64,000 nucleotides of DNA from a virus. Of this stretch, positions 63,046 through 64,000 are shown in pieces. The translations under genes were made by a program, and so were the position numbers. Where the stretch lies: IMG/VR virus record IMGVR_UViG_3300045988_124250; one strand, written 5' to 3'. Numbering within the stretch: position 1 is the stretch's first letter; every line of letters starts with the position of its first letter. Below the pieces are notes generated by a model. That model did not search any database. It saw nothing but the letters and a program-made list of their open reading frames with translations, and was not told where the DNA came from.

Positions 63046-64000
63046 ATATTATAATCCTTTCTTTAAATAATTTCAAGAAAATATCTTTTCCATCATCAAT
63101 TGGTGAATCTTTATATCCAAGTAATCCGGTTTTATCAAACATAAATGATATTGTGGCATAATTTTTAAATTTACTTCTTGCTTTTAATAAATTTAATTTA
63201 AGATGTTTAAATTCATCATCACCAAGCTCTTTAAATTGTCTATCAAATGCAATAATAATTTCTTCAACTCCACAATCTAATAATAACTGAACTTGATGGC
63301 TGGATAAATTACTGCCACAACACGCAACAGATATATCATTATTAAGACCAAAATAAGTTTTATATTTTAAAACAGATTTTTCTCCTTCAAATACTATTGC
63401 TTTTTTAAATGTTTTTATAGCATTTTTACTTAAATTTAAATTATATAAATTCATACCAAGAGGATGGCTATACCATTGATTATTTAAATGAATGGGTCGA
63501 TATTTCCCATATAATTCACATTCTTCTTTACATAATGACCGCCCACGTAAACCAATAAATCGCCCATCAATATCATAATGTGGAATTGTTATTTGGTCGC
63601 CTCCTGGATAAAAACCAATTTTAGCAGCATTTAATGCTTCTTGTGAGATACCTTCATCTAACCAAGGTGTTAATTGAACTTTATAATTAAATCTTGTTAA
63701 AATTTTTTCATCATAAGTTTTTAGTGTTATTTGATTAGTTTTCTTCTCAATACTTTGAATACGACTATATTCATTAAAAATTTTCCAATCTTCAAGAGTT
63801 TTGGCTTCATCTAATTCTTGAATTGTTCCGCCTAAACCAAAACGATGAGCTACCCATAAAACTGCTGAGTTTAAATCAAATTCTCGCTCATGTTGAATAC
63901 GCATTACTTTCGTGCATAATTCAAATATATCAAACGTAGCATCGCATCCGGTATAACATTTAAACAATCCAGTATTTTCATAATAGTAGAGTTTTTTACT
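63044..64000 (-). CDS. dnaG: DnaG-like DNA primase (5' partial at the window edge, TAG-free)
   Basis: TOPRIM motifs VFEGEKSVL and DCGVEEIIIAFDRQ. Part of the zinc-binding N-terminus lies beyond position 64000. Confidence 0.65.
   Translation of the reverse strand, partial: SKKLYYYENTGLFKCYTGCDATFDIFELCTKVMRIQHEREFDLNSAVLWVAHRFGLGGTIQELDEAKTLEDWKIFNEYSRIQSIEKKTNQITLKTYDEKILTRFNYKVQLTPWLDEGISQEALNAAKIGFYPGGDQITIPHYDIDGRFIGLRGRSLCKEECELYGKYRPIHLNNQWYSHPLGMNLYNLNLSKNAIKTFKKAIVFEGEKSVLKYKTYFGLNNDISVACCGSNLSSHQVQLLLDCGVEEIIIAFDRQFKELGDDEFKHLKLNLLKARSKFKNYATISFMFDKTGLLGYKDSPIDDGKDIFLKLFKERIII

Noticed and set aside
1-64000. TGA or TAA also being recoded
   Set aside because: TGA and TAA occur precisely at gene ends (for example 17325, 35143, 35355, 47021, 50336) next to RBS-preceded downstream starts, and never inside conserved domains.

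Overview
This window is AT-rich bacteriophage DNA with strong AGGAGG-type Shine-Dalgarno sites, which points to a Firmicutes-like host. Positions 1-44183 (+ strand) carry a virion tail module: a tape-measure-like giant protein (5' partial), several very large tail/baseplate/receptor-binding proteins, and a long tail fibre with 22-aa tandem repeats. A small + strand island (45266-47550) and a - strand block (47598-64000) follow. The - strand block encodes the replication and nucleotide-metabolism genes: RuvC-like resolvase, dUTPase, NrdG, NrdD, a guanylate-kinase-like NMP kinase, DnaE-type Pol III alpha, a Dda/RecD-like helicase, a lipoprotein, a RecJ-like DHH exonuclease and a DnaG-like primase.

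The dominant signal is stop-codon reassignment. Most genes contain in-frame TAG codons and never TAA or TGA; the tape measure alone has about 45. Reading frames stay open for up to 8.1 kb if TAG is read as sense, and every gene terminates at TAA or TGA. TAG is therefore very probably translated, most likely as Gln (code-15-like).

TAG use is sharply bimodal: the 1323-aa polymerase, the primase, RuvC, dUTPase, the lipoprotein and some other genes are completely TAG-free, whereas NrdD/NrdG, the helicase, RecJ, the kinase and nearly all structural genes need suppression.

Other notable features are tandem NrdR boxes in front of nrdDG, shared N-terminal and C-terminal domains among the fibre proteins, a BspA-like LRR domain, and a moron-like island guarded by palindromic operators. 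No tRNA or release-factor gene was found in the window.
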